From Felis catus (Eukaryota), in NCBI RefSeq assembly GCF_018350175.1, contig NC_058368.1, forward strand, positions 219,854,001 to 219,918,000: a DNA stretch of 64,000 nucleotides. Reading direction: 5' to 3'. Made by a program: the position numbers and the translations under genes. The notes under the pieces were generated by a model, which did not search any database, was not told the DNA's origin, and saw nothing but the letters and a program-made list of their open reading frames with translations. This document shows, in pieces, positions 52,320 through 64,000 of the stretch (the stretch's first letter is position 1; every line of letters begins with the position of its first letter).

Positions 52320-53760
52320 ATTCAAATTGATATTTTTGTCTTAGTTTTCATTGGCATCTTGTCAGCATATTGACACTGTTGCAAATGCACACCTTCTGGA
52401 ACACTCTTTTCAGTTGATTTCATGAAACTACTTCATTTTCTTGCAAATATATTGCTATTACTCTTATAATTTTCTTTGCTGGATTATCATACACTGGCCA
52501 GTAAGAATTGGCATTATTCAAAATTCACTTGTAGGCTTTCTTCTATTGCCACTCTATAGTCCCTTGTTGTATGATCTCACCCACACTCCTGGGATTAAAT
52601 AACATCTATCGGCTTATAATTCTAAAATACAAACTTTCAGCTTATGTCCCTCCTCTGATCTTTAGGCTACATTCCATAGCTTAATAGATGGCACTTAATG
52701 GATGTCACTCAGACCAAACTGGAGATGCCCAAATTGAACTCATGACAGTTCCTCTAAGAATCAAATCCTTCAACCTATTGTTTTACCAAGTACATTCACA
52801 ATTCACCCAGTAAGAGAAGTTAGAAGAAACTTAATTCACCACAGTCAACCCAAATGTCCAATAAATCAGCACAATTTACTGCTTTTACTTACAATTATTT
52901 CTGAAATTCATGCATTATTCTCTACATTTATATCTCATTTTCCCCTAGTTCCATTTACCTTTCATCAAGACTATCATAACAGCCAAATCTTGACTCAGAC
53001 ACACATGCGTTAGCCTTCTCTCCATTCAATCTTTCACACTGCAGAGTCTTATATTAAATGAATACAGTTGACCCTCTAACAACACGGGGGTTGGGATGCC
53101 AACTCTCCACTTAGTCAAAAATCTGCGTATAATTTTTGACTCCTCCAAAATGTAATTATTAATTCGCTTACTGTTGATAGGGAGCTTTCCAATAACATGA
53201 ACAGTCAACAAACACAAATTCTGTGTGTTATATGTAATATATACAGTATTCTTACAATAAAGTAAGATAGAAAAAAGAAAATGTTATTGCAAACATCATA
53301 AGGAAGAGAAAATATATTTACAGTGTTGTACTGTATTTATATAAAAAAAAACACATGTAATTGGACCGATGAAGTTAAACCCATGGGTTGAGTCTGTATT
53401 CTGATTAATTTGATTTTTATATCATTTTTATACATGTTTTTCATTGTTTTATAGTTCCATCTTGTCTTCTATTCATGTATGTTTTACGTTATAGTACTCT
53501 CCAACAAATTCCTCCCAAATTACATCCTAGCTCTCCCTGAAGGACTTTCTACCACCTCTGACCCCATCACCTAATTAACTCCTATTCACATTTCAGACCT
53601 ATTTCAAATGAATTTCCTCATTGCAGATCTTACAGATGCCCTAGACTTTGCTAGGACCCCTTTAATCATAGTACCCCATGCTTATTTGTAACTTTGTTCA
53701 TAATTGTACTATAATTAACTAACTTTCCATTTATCTGATTGCTTAATACTTTAATGTTTA
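52320..53760 (+). mobile_element. L2 3' region split by Tigger2a
   Basis: ttgacactgttg...ccttctggaacactc, atctcacccacactcctgg, cccaaattgaactcatg motifs. Confidence 0.55.
53065..53396 (+). mobile_element. Tigger2a-type (TcMar-Tigger) element
   Basis: TA|cagttgaccctctaacaacacggggg...aaaatctgcgtataatttttgactcc...ctg|TA. Confidence 0.88.
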
Positions 53761-55089
53761 ATTGTTTAATGTTTAATTTGTCCTTCTAAACAAATTACAA
53801 AATGAGTTCAAAATCTGGGAAGACAAAAACTAATAAAGAATAATATGAAAATTTCACACAAATTTTCAAAATCCAAACTCATTTTTAAGAGTTGTGTTAC
53901 ACCACTTTTAATATAATAACAATCTATTAAAATAGCAATAAATAAAATTAAGACTTGTAATTAAATCATGTGTTATTGACTTATACCTGAATATAATATA
54001 ATGACTTATAACATTTTATGGTTAATTTTAATGATTCATCAAATATGTATTTCAGGATACCTTACAACATGTTTTGTGCAATTCTCACCATTGGCAGGAC
54101 ACCAAGGCAGAGAGCAAAATTATCTTTTCTGTCTTTTATTTTTGAGGCTATTTCAGGAGACCAAGTTGAATTACACATAGAAGAAATAATAATTCGTAGT
54201 CTCTGGGACCAGTTGTCAGTGAGTATAGGATTTCAAAGAAGGTAGACATTTATATACTGCTTTCCAGTGGCTTCAGGAACCATTAAAATTTGATTTGAGT
54301 TTTAAAGCCAATCTGTATGTTGAAAGATGTATGTGTGTTTTAATTTGGAAATAATTAAAATTTTATTTATATCTTCTAGCACTGCCCCACTTATTGGCAA
54401 ATTGCAAATTATCTGCCACTATCCAGTTGTCTTCTTTATAACCATATCGTGGTGTTTCATCTACCTCTTCACTAAACCACTGACCACACAGCACAATTAC
54501 AAAAGGAATTACCACCAACTTCTCATTCATCCTTCAGGGAAGGACACTGATTCTCAAAATCATATTCATTAAGAATGAAAGAGCATACTAGTTTGAGGTT
54601 AACAGTGACATTTTAAAAGATTGTAAATGTTGTTTTGAACTGAAAAACTTGCAAATCATATCGTTTTCCCCACAGAGGTATCTGAATTCATGTTAATAAA
54701 ACATAAATTTAAAAAAGTGTTCTTGTGAGTCTGGTAATGTGTCATAATATTCAATTAATTTTAGTGTTTAGAGAAGAGATATTATCTGAATAAATATAGT
54801 TAAAGGTATGAATAAGGAACTGAATGATTACTCTTCAGGTTTACCCTTTGGTATATTCTTACCTGCGATGACACATAATTACAGATGTAAAAATCTGATT
54901 AGGTTATTTTTTATTTTATTTAATTGTACAGTTTAGCCAATACTTACTGCACTGTGAGTAATTTCATATGCATTAATGGATATACCTGTGTTAAATACAT
55001 GGGCATAATTTTATTCTAGTGTCTTCTCCCAAGCTTCCTATTTTATATGAAAATTAGATTAGCTTCTAAGAGAATTGTTTAATTGCCTA

Positions 55090-55310
55090 ATATTTAATTT
55101 CTATGGTCTACTATTTTGTGTGATCGTGAACAAATTATTTAACCTCTCTTTAAAAATATTGTTCTTTATTTTTCATCAATAAAATGGGATTAAAAATAGT
55201 ACTTAATTCAGACAGTTATTTTGAGCCTTACAGGAGTTAATGACTGAAAATATTTAGAAGACAGTCTGAGATATAGTGAGGACACAATACATGTGAGCCA
55301 TATTATTAGT
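55090..55310 (+). mobile_element. MIR
   Basis: tgtgtgatcgtgaacaaattatttaacctctct...aataaaatggga...acacaatacatgtgagc. Confidence 0.65.
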
Positions 55311-55559
55311 CAATGTTTTTCTTTCACTTTATCTTCTTAACACTGCTCTTTCATTTCCTCTTTCCTTTCTTCCAGAATTTTCAATAAATCTACAGTGACA
55401 CTGAGAGATATTATATCTGGAGCTTGCTATTTAAGTGATCTTGCTCTGTCATTTCTGGCCTGATGTCCCAATGCTCTAGAACAAAGGATCCCTTCTTGAC
55501 CATCTGTTCTACCTGCTCTAATAAAATGAAGGAGATGAAAGTTTTGTACCCTTTTTGAA

Positions 55560-55935
55560 AGACTCACTATGTACTCTCCAATCCCATTTTCTCCTCTTTT
55601 TTTTCTCTCCCAGATACATTTCCCACCTTCCCTTGGAGGAGCAAGGTCATGAGAATGAATGTCAAAGAAGTGGGAATGGTAGTGATCAAGGCATTTCCAC
55701 ACGCATTCAGGCATACATCTTGAGTGACCCTCCATGTTTCTTCTCTTTCCTCAGCCTGCCAGTCAGAAGATAAGAGTAGCTTAGGTCCCTGAACAACTGG
55801 GTACATGATAACGTCTCACAGCTGCTCTGTATTGCATTAGTACATGAAAAAAATAAAGTTTTGTGCGTGCATGTGTGGTATAGCACCAAGATTTAATTAT
55901 TGCAGTTGCAACAGTGAACTGACCATACCCACCAA
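55560..55935 (+). mobile_element. Old MaLR LTR (MLT1I/J-like)
   Basis: acatttcccaccttccctt...agcttaggtccctgaa...aaataaagttttgtg. Confidence 0.55.
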
Positions 55936-56091
55936 GACATTATATGCCTCCAAATCCCCAGTGCTTAATAAGTGACTATTGCTTATTTAATGAATATGTA
56001 GCAGAATTTACCAGATAATATGATAACCTTAAAAAAGACACACACACAAAAACTTCTTAGTTCATAAAATGAGGAAATGGATAAACAAGTC

Positions 56092-56161
56092 TTTTTTTCT
56101 TTCTTTCTTTTTTCCTTTCTTTCAAGAGAGAACACACACGCGAGTGGGGCAGGGGCAGAGG

Positions 56162-56214
<53 letters not shown>

Positions 56215-56333
56215 TTAAGCAGACTCATCGCAGAGTGGAGCCCCATGCAGGCTCAATCTCACGACTGTGAGATCATGATCCAAGTCTGAATCAAAAGTCG
56301 GACACTCAACCAGCTGACCCACCCAGGCGCCCC
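56092..56333 (-). mobile_element. Can-SINE
   Basis: SINE body with long (GA)n. Confidence 0.92.
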
Positions 56334-56368
56334 AAAAATACCTTATTTCTTAAAGAATAAGTCACTTT

Positions 56369-56603
56369 GGGGTGCCTAAGTGGCTCAGTCGGTTGAATGT
56401 CCTACTTTAGATTCAGACTTGGATCATCATCTCACAGTTTGTGGGCTCGAGACCCGCGTCAGGCTCTGTGCTGACAGCTCAGAGCCTGGAGCCTGCTTCA
56501 GATTCTGTGTCTCCCTCTCTTTCTCTCTGCCCCTTCCCCGCTCATGCTCTGTCTCTCTCTGTCTGTCAAAAATAAATAAACGTTAACAAAAATTTAAAAA
56601 AAA
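56369..56603 (+). mobile_element. Can-SINE
   Basis: TSD aataa(g/c)tcacttt. Confidence 0.93.
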
Positions 56604-57754
56604 ATAACTCACTTTGTCCTTCAAAAGTATTTTCTCCAACAACTACATTATAGATTTTAATGTTTAAGTAAATTTGACCAGCAAAGCATAGTGTATACAT
56701 TTTTAGCAAACAAATATAAATTTCTGGCATCAACCTCCTTGATTAACTGAAATATTTTAAAGCAGAGTTAACCTTGCTTCTCTTTATGTTATTAAAAAAA
56801 ATAACTCAATGATACAAAGTCTTCATAGCTTCATATGTCTCTCCATTCTAGTTTCTCACCCTTAATGAATAAATGTATTCAGCATATTTCAAAATATGTA
56901 TTTCACAGAAAACTCTGCAACGTTTACATTTACTGAATAATTGTGTCATAATAGTAAGAATAGGCAAAAACTTTATGCAAGTGCAGAACAGTGAACCAGC
57001 TTAGATAAAGTGAAAAGAGAAAATGAATTGAGAAAATATAAAAACAGCTGACTAGCTCCTCTCTCTTTCACTATGGGCAGTAGGAAAAAATATGAAGAGG
57101 AATTTCACCATGAAGGATTTGGAATTACTTCCTGTCAACTGGGGCCCTAAAATATATGTTTTTTTGATTGAACAATAAACTGTGGTAATAAAGCAGTAAA
57201 AAATCCAATAACGTCTGATTACACAAATATTTTATGTACCATAAGTAAGTCAATATACAATTTAAAGCAAAAACAAAACCACCAAATTGTACTGTACCTT
57301 AGGTTAAATATTTGGCCATGGCACGTTGCCATGAATTTCATATTAATAATTGCTAATCACTGTGCAATATAATCTTTGATGAAATTTTAAACTGTTTTAT
57401 TTGCTATTTGGGCGCACAGAGCTTAACAGAAGTTAATTCATCTTGTAAATCTTCCATAAACCTTTCATTGAAGGTGATACCAAATCTATATCAGAAATAA
57501 AATGTTCAACAGTATATTTCCATTTACTACATGATTATTCATTTCTCCAATTATAGCATTGAAAAATACTTTCTGTGATTGTCTGATTGTTTGATGTGTA
57601 TGCTGGATATTACTCACACTGTGTCTAACTAAAAGAAAACTACCCTGTTTGGTTTTAGTGGATTTTGAGGGACAAACTAACATAATGAAATTGAAGCAGG
57701 AGACAAAACAGGCTAAAGTACAATTTTTGTCCTAAATGGCCTTATAAAGAAAAA

Positions 57755-57952
57755 TAATATATATATACATATAATCATATATATGATATATAATATATAT
57801 AATATATTATATAATACGTATAATCATATATATGATATATACTATATATAATATAGTATATATAATACATAATACATATAATCGTATGTATATGATATAT
57901 AATCATATATATATACATATATATATGTGTGTGTGTGTATATATGTATATGA
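57755..57952. repeat. AT-rich (TA)n-derived low-complexity tract
   Basis: Direct reading. Confidence 0.95.
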
Positions 57953-58139
57953 TTAATCTTCCAAGACATCTTCAAGGTGCCAGCTTAATGAGAGGGAATG
58001 GGATGCAGCTCAAGGGCTCAATATTCTCTTCAGGTAATACCCTTGGAGAGATTGTTGACTCCTAAATATGGACATGCAAAAAATGTACAACTCAAAACAA
58101 ACAAGGATGTCTTGCATTGTTAATTTAAACTTATATTTA

Positions 58140-58359
58140 TTTTATTATTTTTTTTTTGTTTATTTATTTTTGAGACAGAGAGAGACAGAGCATGAACAGG
58201 GGAGGGTCAGAGAGAGAGAGGGAGACACGGAATCTGAAACAGGCTCAAGGCTCTGAGCTGTCAGCACAGAGCCCGACGCAGGGCTCGAACTCACGAACCG
58301 CGAGATCGTGACCTGAGCCAAAGTCGGCCGCTTAACCGACTGAGCCACCCTGGCGCCCC
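58140..58359 (-). mobile_element. SINEC_Fc
   Basis: TSD taaacttatattta (58126-58139/58360-58373). Confidence 0.96.
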
Positions 58360-58559
58360 TAAACTTATATTTAGATTACATAATTGGCTAAACCCATGTG
58401 TGATTCTTAAATTTTCTGTTTGTGCGAAAGAACACAAATTGCTGATATTGTTCTCAAGCTTTTTCAAAAGAGACATTTAAAAATATCTCTCATTTTCCTG
58501 TTAGATACTTGCATGAACTTGTTATATCTCATTATTTTGCATAAATAAACCTGAGGATT

Positions 58560-59560
58560 GTGATATCTGTAACATTTAGACAACTCAGGATATATGGTAG
58601 CTGGGTGGCCAATAGTTAAGTGGTCAATCTTTACTAAGGCCCGGTAGCAAGCCAAAACCTGCTTCTTAAAGGGCAGTACTATCTGCAAGGATGGCAGGAC
58701 TTTGCTCCAAAATCCTAAGGGTGTTCTCTGTGACACTCCAATAAAAACCTGCCAAGTACCTGAAACAGCATCTCTGCCACTGACCGTTAAGCACCATCAG
58801 ATCTGCCAGACCATGTGGCCCATGTAGAAGAGCAACATGCGTGGCAGCATGGACCTGTCACACAGCTTTCTTATGTTTGGTTCCCACCCAAAACTATCAG
58901 TCTTTCAGCTCACTGGATGGATGGGCCATCATAGCACACCTAAATGAGGAATAACTTGCTTCCAAACCCAAAGCATCCCACTAGACTATTTGTGCCTCTG
59001 CCTCAGTTGTAGTAGAGGTCACATGTGACAGCTTATCCTTGAACCTACAAGGAATAGTTTGAAATATTCCATATTACTGGATCTCTAAAAATTTCATTCA
59101 AGTGGAAGGTCCCTGAATTTTGGTCAAATTTATTTTACATCCTCCTACACACAGATGTCACAAATACGTCTATAGTAGTTGCTACTTCTAGCTCACTATA
59201 TCCACTCACCATATCATTGGAACAGACAGGTGTGATGTCTTGAGGAAAGGTCTGGTGGTCAAGTTCCTTGTGGACTAAATTATGAATAGGGCTTGAAAGT
59301 TGATGACTCTCAAGGTAGGAGAGTGAAGGATTATTATTGGCCTTGCCAGGTGGAAGCAAACTGCTACAAATGGTATTTATAAGGCATAATCAAGAAAAGA
59401 AACCTTGCTAGATCACTAGTTACATACCAAAGGCAGAGTATGCGTAAATTTGCTCAAGAACTGACACAAATCTGAAACAACAGCTGCAATTGAAGTCACC
59501 ACCTGGTTGAGTTTATGATAATCCAGTCATTCTCTAAAACTGGGCAGTTTTCTGTATAGG
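58560..59560 (-). mobile_element. pol: Decayed ERV-L pol (RT to RNase H)
   Basis: ORF-track peptides HNLVHKELDH..PQDIT and PLGFWSKVLPS..KQVLACYRALV match ERV-L pol; my translation gives DYHKLNQVVTSIAAVV at ~59470-59523. Confidence 0.88.
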
Positions 59561-59641
59561 GACCAGGCTTTCTATTTGGCAAGCCAAATGCTTTTCTATA
59601 TAGGCGAAACCCTGGGCTTTGATGAGGGCTCTCTTATAGTC

Positions 59642-59711
59642 GATAGATGTTAGATAGATGATAGATAGATAGATAGATAGACAGATGATAGATAGATAGA
59701 TAGATAGATAT
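59642..59711. repeat. (GATA)n microsatellite
   Basis: Direct reading. Confidence 0.97.
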
Positions 59712-59760
59712 AAGATGCTTAACATATGGAGTAGCCAGTGTGGGGATAGGAATAGATTTA

Positions 59761-59991
59761 TTTATTTATTTATTTTTAATTTTTTTTTCCAACGTTTATT
59801 TATTTTTGGGACAGAGAGAGGCAGAGCATGAACGGGGGAGGGGCAGAGAGAGAGGGAGACACAGAATCGGAAACAGGCTCCAGGCTCTGAGCCATCAGCC
59901 CAGAGCCTGACGCGGGGCTCGAACTCACGGACCGCGAGATCGTGACCTGGCTGAAGTCGGACGCTTAACCGACTGCGCCACCCAGGCGCCC
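59761..59991 (-). mobile_element. Young SINEC_Fc
   Basis: Perfect 18-bp TSD gggataggaatagattta (59743-59760/59993-60010); CpGs intact. Confidence 0.97.
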
Positions 59992-60010
59992 TGGGATAGG
60001 AATAGATTTA

Positions 60011-60800
60011 AAGAGACAGCTAATTGATCATGCTATCCCTAAAAATAAATAGACTTGGCAGTCTGCTAATTTCTTATTTCATCCACACAATTAAGTGGAA
60101 GAGTTTTAGTTTTCATGAATAGAAACCTAACTTGATTCACCAAAACAGAGAGTCATAGCCCCTCATTCAGTTCTCAGACTTGGGCCAGTTTACATACTGA
60201 GAACCCCTTAAGTGAAGGGGAAACTAGGTCTACTTAAGAAAGCCAAAAACCAAAAAATTTCCAGCACTGATAAATATTGATACTGCTAATATTTCTCCCA
60301 GCATTTTCTAAAGATACATGACAATTTACCAGGGTAATTTTACATTAGCAAATCAGACTGTTGGGAAATTCTTGAACACTGGCACTAATTCCAGGACACC
60401 TGAGAACTCACTGTGGTCCCCCAGTCAGAGAAGTGTCTTATAGAGTCCAATGATGAAGAGAATTTTAGGTCAAGTCCATCTCAGTGTGAGTTCAGGGGGT
60501 CCCTGAACCTATCCTGTGCTATTCCCTACATGGTAAAATGTATAATTGAGATAACATACATAGCAACTGACAGAATGTCCTGACCTCTGACACGAGGGCT
60601 TTTATGGTGGCAAAGGCCAAGTGCAAACCACTTGAAACAGCCTCTCCCTACAAAGCAGTAAATCAAAAGCAATACTGAACTCCAGCCAGGACTGAAGAGG
60701 TTAGTACCACCATCAAGAACTTGAAAGATTCAGTGGTGGCAATACCACTACATCCCCATTTAACTTAACCATTTGGCCTATAGAGAAAGTAGCCAGTTTT
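60011..60800 (+). mobile_element. Decayed ERV-L gag end / protease / start of RT
   Basis: aaacagagagtcatagcccctc...cagacttgggccagtttac, aaggccaagtgcaaaccact, acatccccatttaacttaaccatttggcct (TSPFN..IWP). Confidence 0.85.
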
Positions 60801-61570
60801 CTGAAATACATCTCTGAAGATATGTCTCCCAGTGGTTCTTTTTTCCTGGCTGCGCACTGACTGATATAGATTGTGATAACTAAAGTAGAGTACTATTATA
60901 ATAAATACTTGAAAATACGGATGTGGCTTCAAAATTTAGAAGTTGATAGAGGATAGAAGAATTTTGATGACCATGGTATTCGGGGAGAAAAAAAACCCTA
61001 AATTTACTTGATGGGACTGTTAGTAGAAACACAGACATTAGGGGTGGCTAAGGGCTCAGAAATATGTGAGAAGCATGGTAGAGAAAACCGATTTTATCTT
61101 AGAGACTATCTAAATCATCATAAAAATACTTTAGGAAGTGAGAGAACAAAGGAAATGAGGAACACATCATTATAGACCGGAGAGAAGGTGATCCTTTACA
61201 TGCTGGCAGAACACTTGTTAAATTGCATCGTAAAAAGATGTGGGATCATTTAAGCAATGAACTTAGTGTTTAAATGAGGAGATTTCCAATGTTGACGATA
61301 GCGTCTGGTTTCTCCTTACTGCTTATAGTAAAGCTCCAGAGGAAAGAGATAAGTTGAGAGAAGAACTGGTAAGCGAAAAACAAACAAACAAACAAAACAC
61401 CCACAGCTTTCTGATTTGGGAAATTTTAAGCTTATCCAGATTGCAAAAGACACTAAAATGAAAAGATGTATGGTCAGTAAAATGTGCTCTTGAGAGAAAG
61501 CCAGCCTCTTGTTAGTGTCCCATAAATATCAGAATGTCAGCGTATTCAGTCATACAATGGGAGCTTGGAA
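60801..61570 (+). mobile_element. MaLR LTR 3' end plus MLT1 internal sequence
   Basis: ggttct...ctgactgatata LTR end, then ggaaatgaggaacac...gaaggtgatcc and cttactgcttatagtaaa motifs of MLT-int. Confidence 0.75.
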
Positions 61571-61571
61571 G

Positions 61572-61825
61572 AGCAGGAGATGTGACAACAGAAGCTGAGA
61601 GAGAAAAGGAGATGTGACAAACAGAGCAGGCATTGGAGGGATGTAGGGCCAAAGGCCCGAGAATGCAGATAGCTTGTAGAAGCTAAGGAATGACCCGAAA
61701 ACAAATTCTCCCCCAGAGCTTCCAAAAAGATCTGAGCTCTGCCAACACCTTGATTTTAGCCGATGGGTGTTGATTTTGTACTTCTGAACTCAAAAACTGT
61801 AAGGTAATAAAGTTGATTATTTCTG
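61572..61825 (+). mobile_element. MLT1 LTR 3' half
   Basis: attctcccccagagcttcca...ctgccaacaccttgattttagcc...aactgtaaggtaataaa. Confidence 0.75.
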
Positions 61826-62664
61826 TTCTTGTTTTGATAAAAGAAAATTCCATTTACATCATTGGATATCCTCAACTGATTTAAAAATTCTGGAGTTTAC
61901 CTAAAGAATGACACAGTTCCCCTAAGATTAAGAGAAATGTTAGATGAAAGAAACTATTTTGAGTTTTCAGGGATTTTTTTCTTAATTTCCTTTTGTTTAT
62001 TTTCATCAAAATATCTTCAGTGGAGAGAGTAATCTATACATGATCTCCTTTCTATGAACTTCCAGAATGTTATCCTAAAACACAAGAGAATATCCAAATG
62101 ACACACTTCAAGGATTATTATCGTATATTTTATTTTAGCATACGTGTGTTTTTATTTAGAACATACTTTCCCTAAAGTTTTGTTCATAATTTGGTTGTCC
62201 TTATAATTCATATTTGTTGATAAAAGTGTCCCATTTTTTCTTTAATATTCTGGGAGTTTCTGGCCAGAATTCCTGGTATAATGTCCTACAGTGCAGCACC
62301 CCCATTGACAATAAACTATTACTCTCAGTCTCAGCTACTAAGATGTAAGCAAAATAGAGGCAGATGTCCCTGAAGATTCTACTCAAACTCCACCTATACG
62401 TATTACTCAAAATTGAGCTGCAATTTTTTTAACAGGGGTTATTTTATAAGCAATAAAATACTTGGTATTCAGAAATTATGTACATAAGAAATACAAAAAA
62501 AAATTAAGATATTACATTTCAATAACTATTCCTCATAGAATAATTCCCTTTATACAATGTTTTTAGCCAGTTCTTCGATGCTTGTATCAGTGGCTTTTAG
62601 TTGTCCCTCCTAACATAACCTATCATTTAATAAAATAGAATTTTTGACATGTTGCTAATTTGTT

Positions 62665-62784
62665 TTTCTTTCTTTTTTTCCCTCCTTCCTTTCCCTCCCT
62701 CCCCCTTCTGTTTTTCCTTCCTTCCTTCCTTCCTTCCTTCCTTCCTTCCTTCCTTCCTCCCTTCCTTCCTTCCTGTCTTTCTTT

Positions 62785-62824
<40 letters not shown>

Positions 62825-62852
62825 TTTCTTTCTTCCATCCTTCCTTCCTTCT

Positions 62853-62896
<44 letters not shown>

Positions 62897-62936
62897 TCCT
62901 TTCCTCCTTTTTTCCTTTTTTTTCTTTCTTTCCTTC
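62665..62936. repeat. Compound (TTCC)n/(TTTC)n polypyrimidine tract
   Basis: Direct reading. Confidence 0.97.
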
Positions 62937-62948
62937 AAAGCATATTCT

Positions 62949-63148
62949 CTTTTTAAGTTTTTGTTAGATTCCAGTTAGTTAACATACAGTGTAATACCAG
63001 TTTCAGGTGTACAATTTGTAATTCAACACCTCCATACATCACCTTGCTCCTCACAGCAAGGGCATTCCTTAATCCCCATGACTTATTTCACCCACCCCCT
63101 ATCCACCTCCCCTCTGACAACCATTACTTTGTTCTCTATAGTTAAGAG

Positions 63149-63209
<61 letters not shown>

Positions 63210-63653
63210 TGCTTATTTGCTTTGTTTCTAAAATTTCTTACACTGTTGGTGGGAATGCAACCTGGTATCACCACTTTGGAAAACAGTATGGAGGTTTCTC
63301 AAAAAGTTAAAAATAAAACTACCCTACAGTTCAGCAAATGTACTACTAGGTATTTACCCAAACAATAAAAAAATACTGAGCTGATGGGATACATGCACCC
63401 CGATGTTTATAGCAGCATTGTATACAATACCTAAATATTGGAAAGAGTCCAAATGTCCATTGACTGGTGAATGAATAAAGAAGATGTGGTTTATATATGC
63501 AATGGAATATTACTCAGCCATAAAAAAGAAAAAAATCTTGCCATTTGCAAATGATGTGACTGGAACTAGAAAGTATTATGCTAAATGAAATCAGTCAGTC
63601 AGAGAAATAAAAATACCATGTGACTTCGGTTATATGTGAAATTTAAGAGACAA
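62949..63653 (-). mobile_element. 5'-inverted (twin-primed) carnivore L1
   Basis: Antisense 3'UTR 62949-63236 joined to sense ORF2-end/3'UTR 63237-63653; TSD catattct. Confidence 0.88.
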
Positions 63654-64000
63654 CATATTCTTGACAGAAAACCTGAAAACTAATGTTTTTTACACACTTA
63701 AAATAAAATGTGATGAGTAAAACAATGGAGGTATGTATACCATTCAGTTGTATACTTATGAAGAAGTAGGTTACTCTGACTGGGGTTCAGAGAGTTTTGC
63801 ACTATTGTTTCCAAGGGTGATGAATTCACCAGTCAGTGAGAAAAGAAAGGACATCCTGGGTAATGGCAGTTAGTGTGGCAGAGACACATGCTTGAAACTG
63901 TACTGTGTGTTTAGAGAGCTTTAAAAGTATACTACTGATGATGCATTGAGCTAACGGTTAGAAATGTTTGAAAAAAACAAACTTGGAATGGCATGTAGTT

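Noticed and set aside
54018..54572. Two ORFs of 75-81 aa and a possible minus-strand exon
   Set aside because: No recognisable homology; the minus-strand candidate has stops in all three frames
1798..58348. Recurrent ORFs of the type MAQSVERPTSAQVMISR.. / RETEHERGRGRER..
   Set aside because: Translations of Can-SINE bodies, not genes
62623..62978. K/E/R-rich and F/L/S-rich ORFs
   Set aside because: Artefacts of the (TTTC)n/(TTCC)n microsatellite
1..64000. CRISPR-like arrays, operons, prokaryotic defence systems, NUMT
   Set aside because: Sequence is mammalian; recurring repeats are dispersed SINEs with TSDs, with no regular repeat-spacer structure or mitochondrial-like segment seen

Overview
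AT-rich, repeat-dense mammalian genomic DNA, almost certainly from a felid. The evidence is about 34 tRNA-derived Can-SINEs of the SINEC_Fc type, several nearly unmutated, plus carnivore-type L1s. I found no convincing protein-coding gene, rRNA, tRNA gene or CRISPR array. The ORF track is explained by SINEs, microsatellites, decayed L1 ORF2 and decayed ERV-L pol. The window looks like an intergenic or deep-intronic region layered with SINEs, L1s of several ages, MIR/L2, MaLR/ERV LTRs and DNA-transposon MITEs. The most notable observations are: (1) a 30-nt tailless U6 snRNA retrocopy sharing a triplicated target site with a SINE; (2) an ERV-L gag-pro-pol relic broken by a ~1.2 kb inversion with a short inverted duplication at the breakpoints; (3) an L1 that keeps both termini but joins its 5'UTR directly to mid-ORF2; (4) three SINEs stacked at one target site; (5) twin-primed L1s; and (6) candidate regulatory elements (two CTCF-like motifs, a CpG-retaining old L1 5' region, CNE-like stretches). 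I do not see evidence for a wholly new biological system. Repeat subfamily names come from recalled consensus features and need RepeatMasker/Dfam confirmation; coordinates of old elements are approximate.
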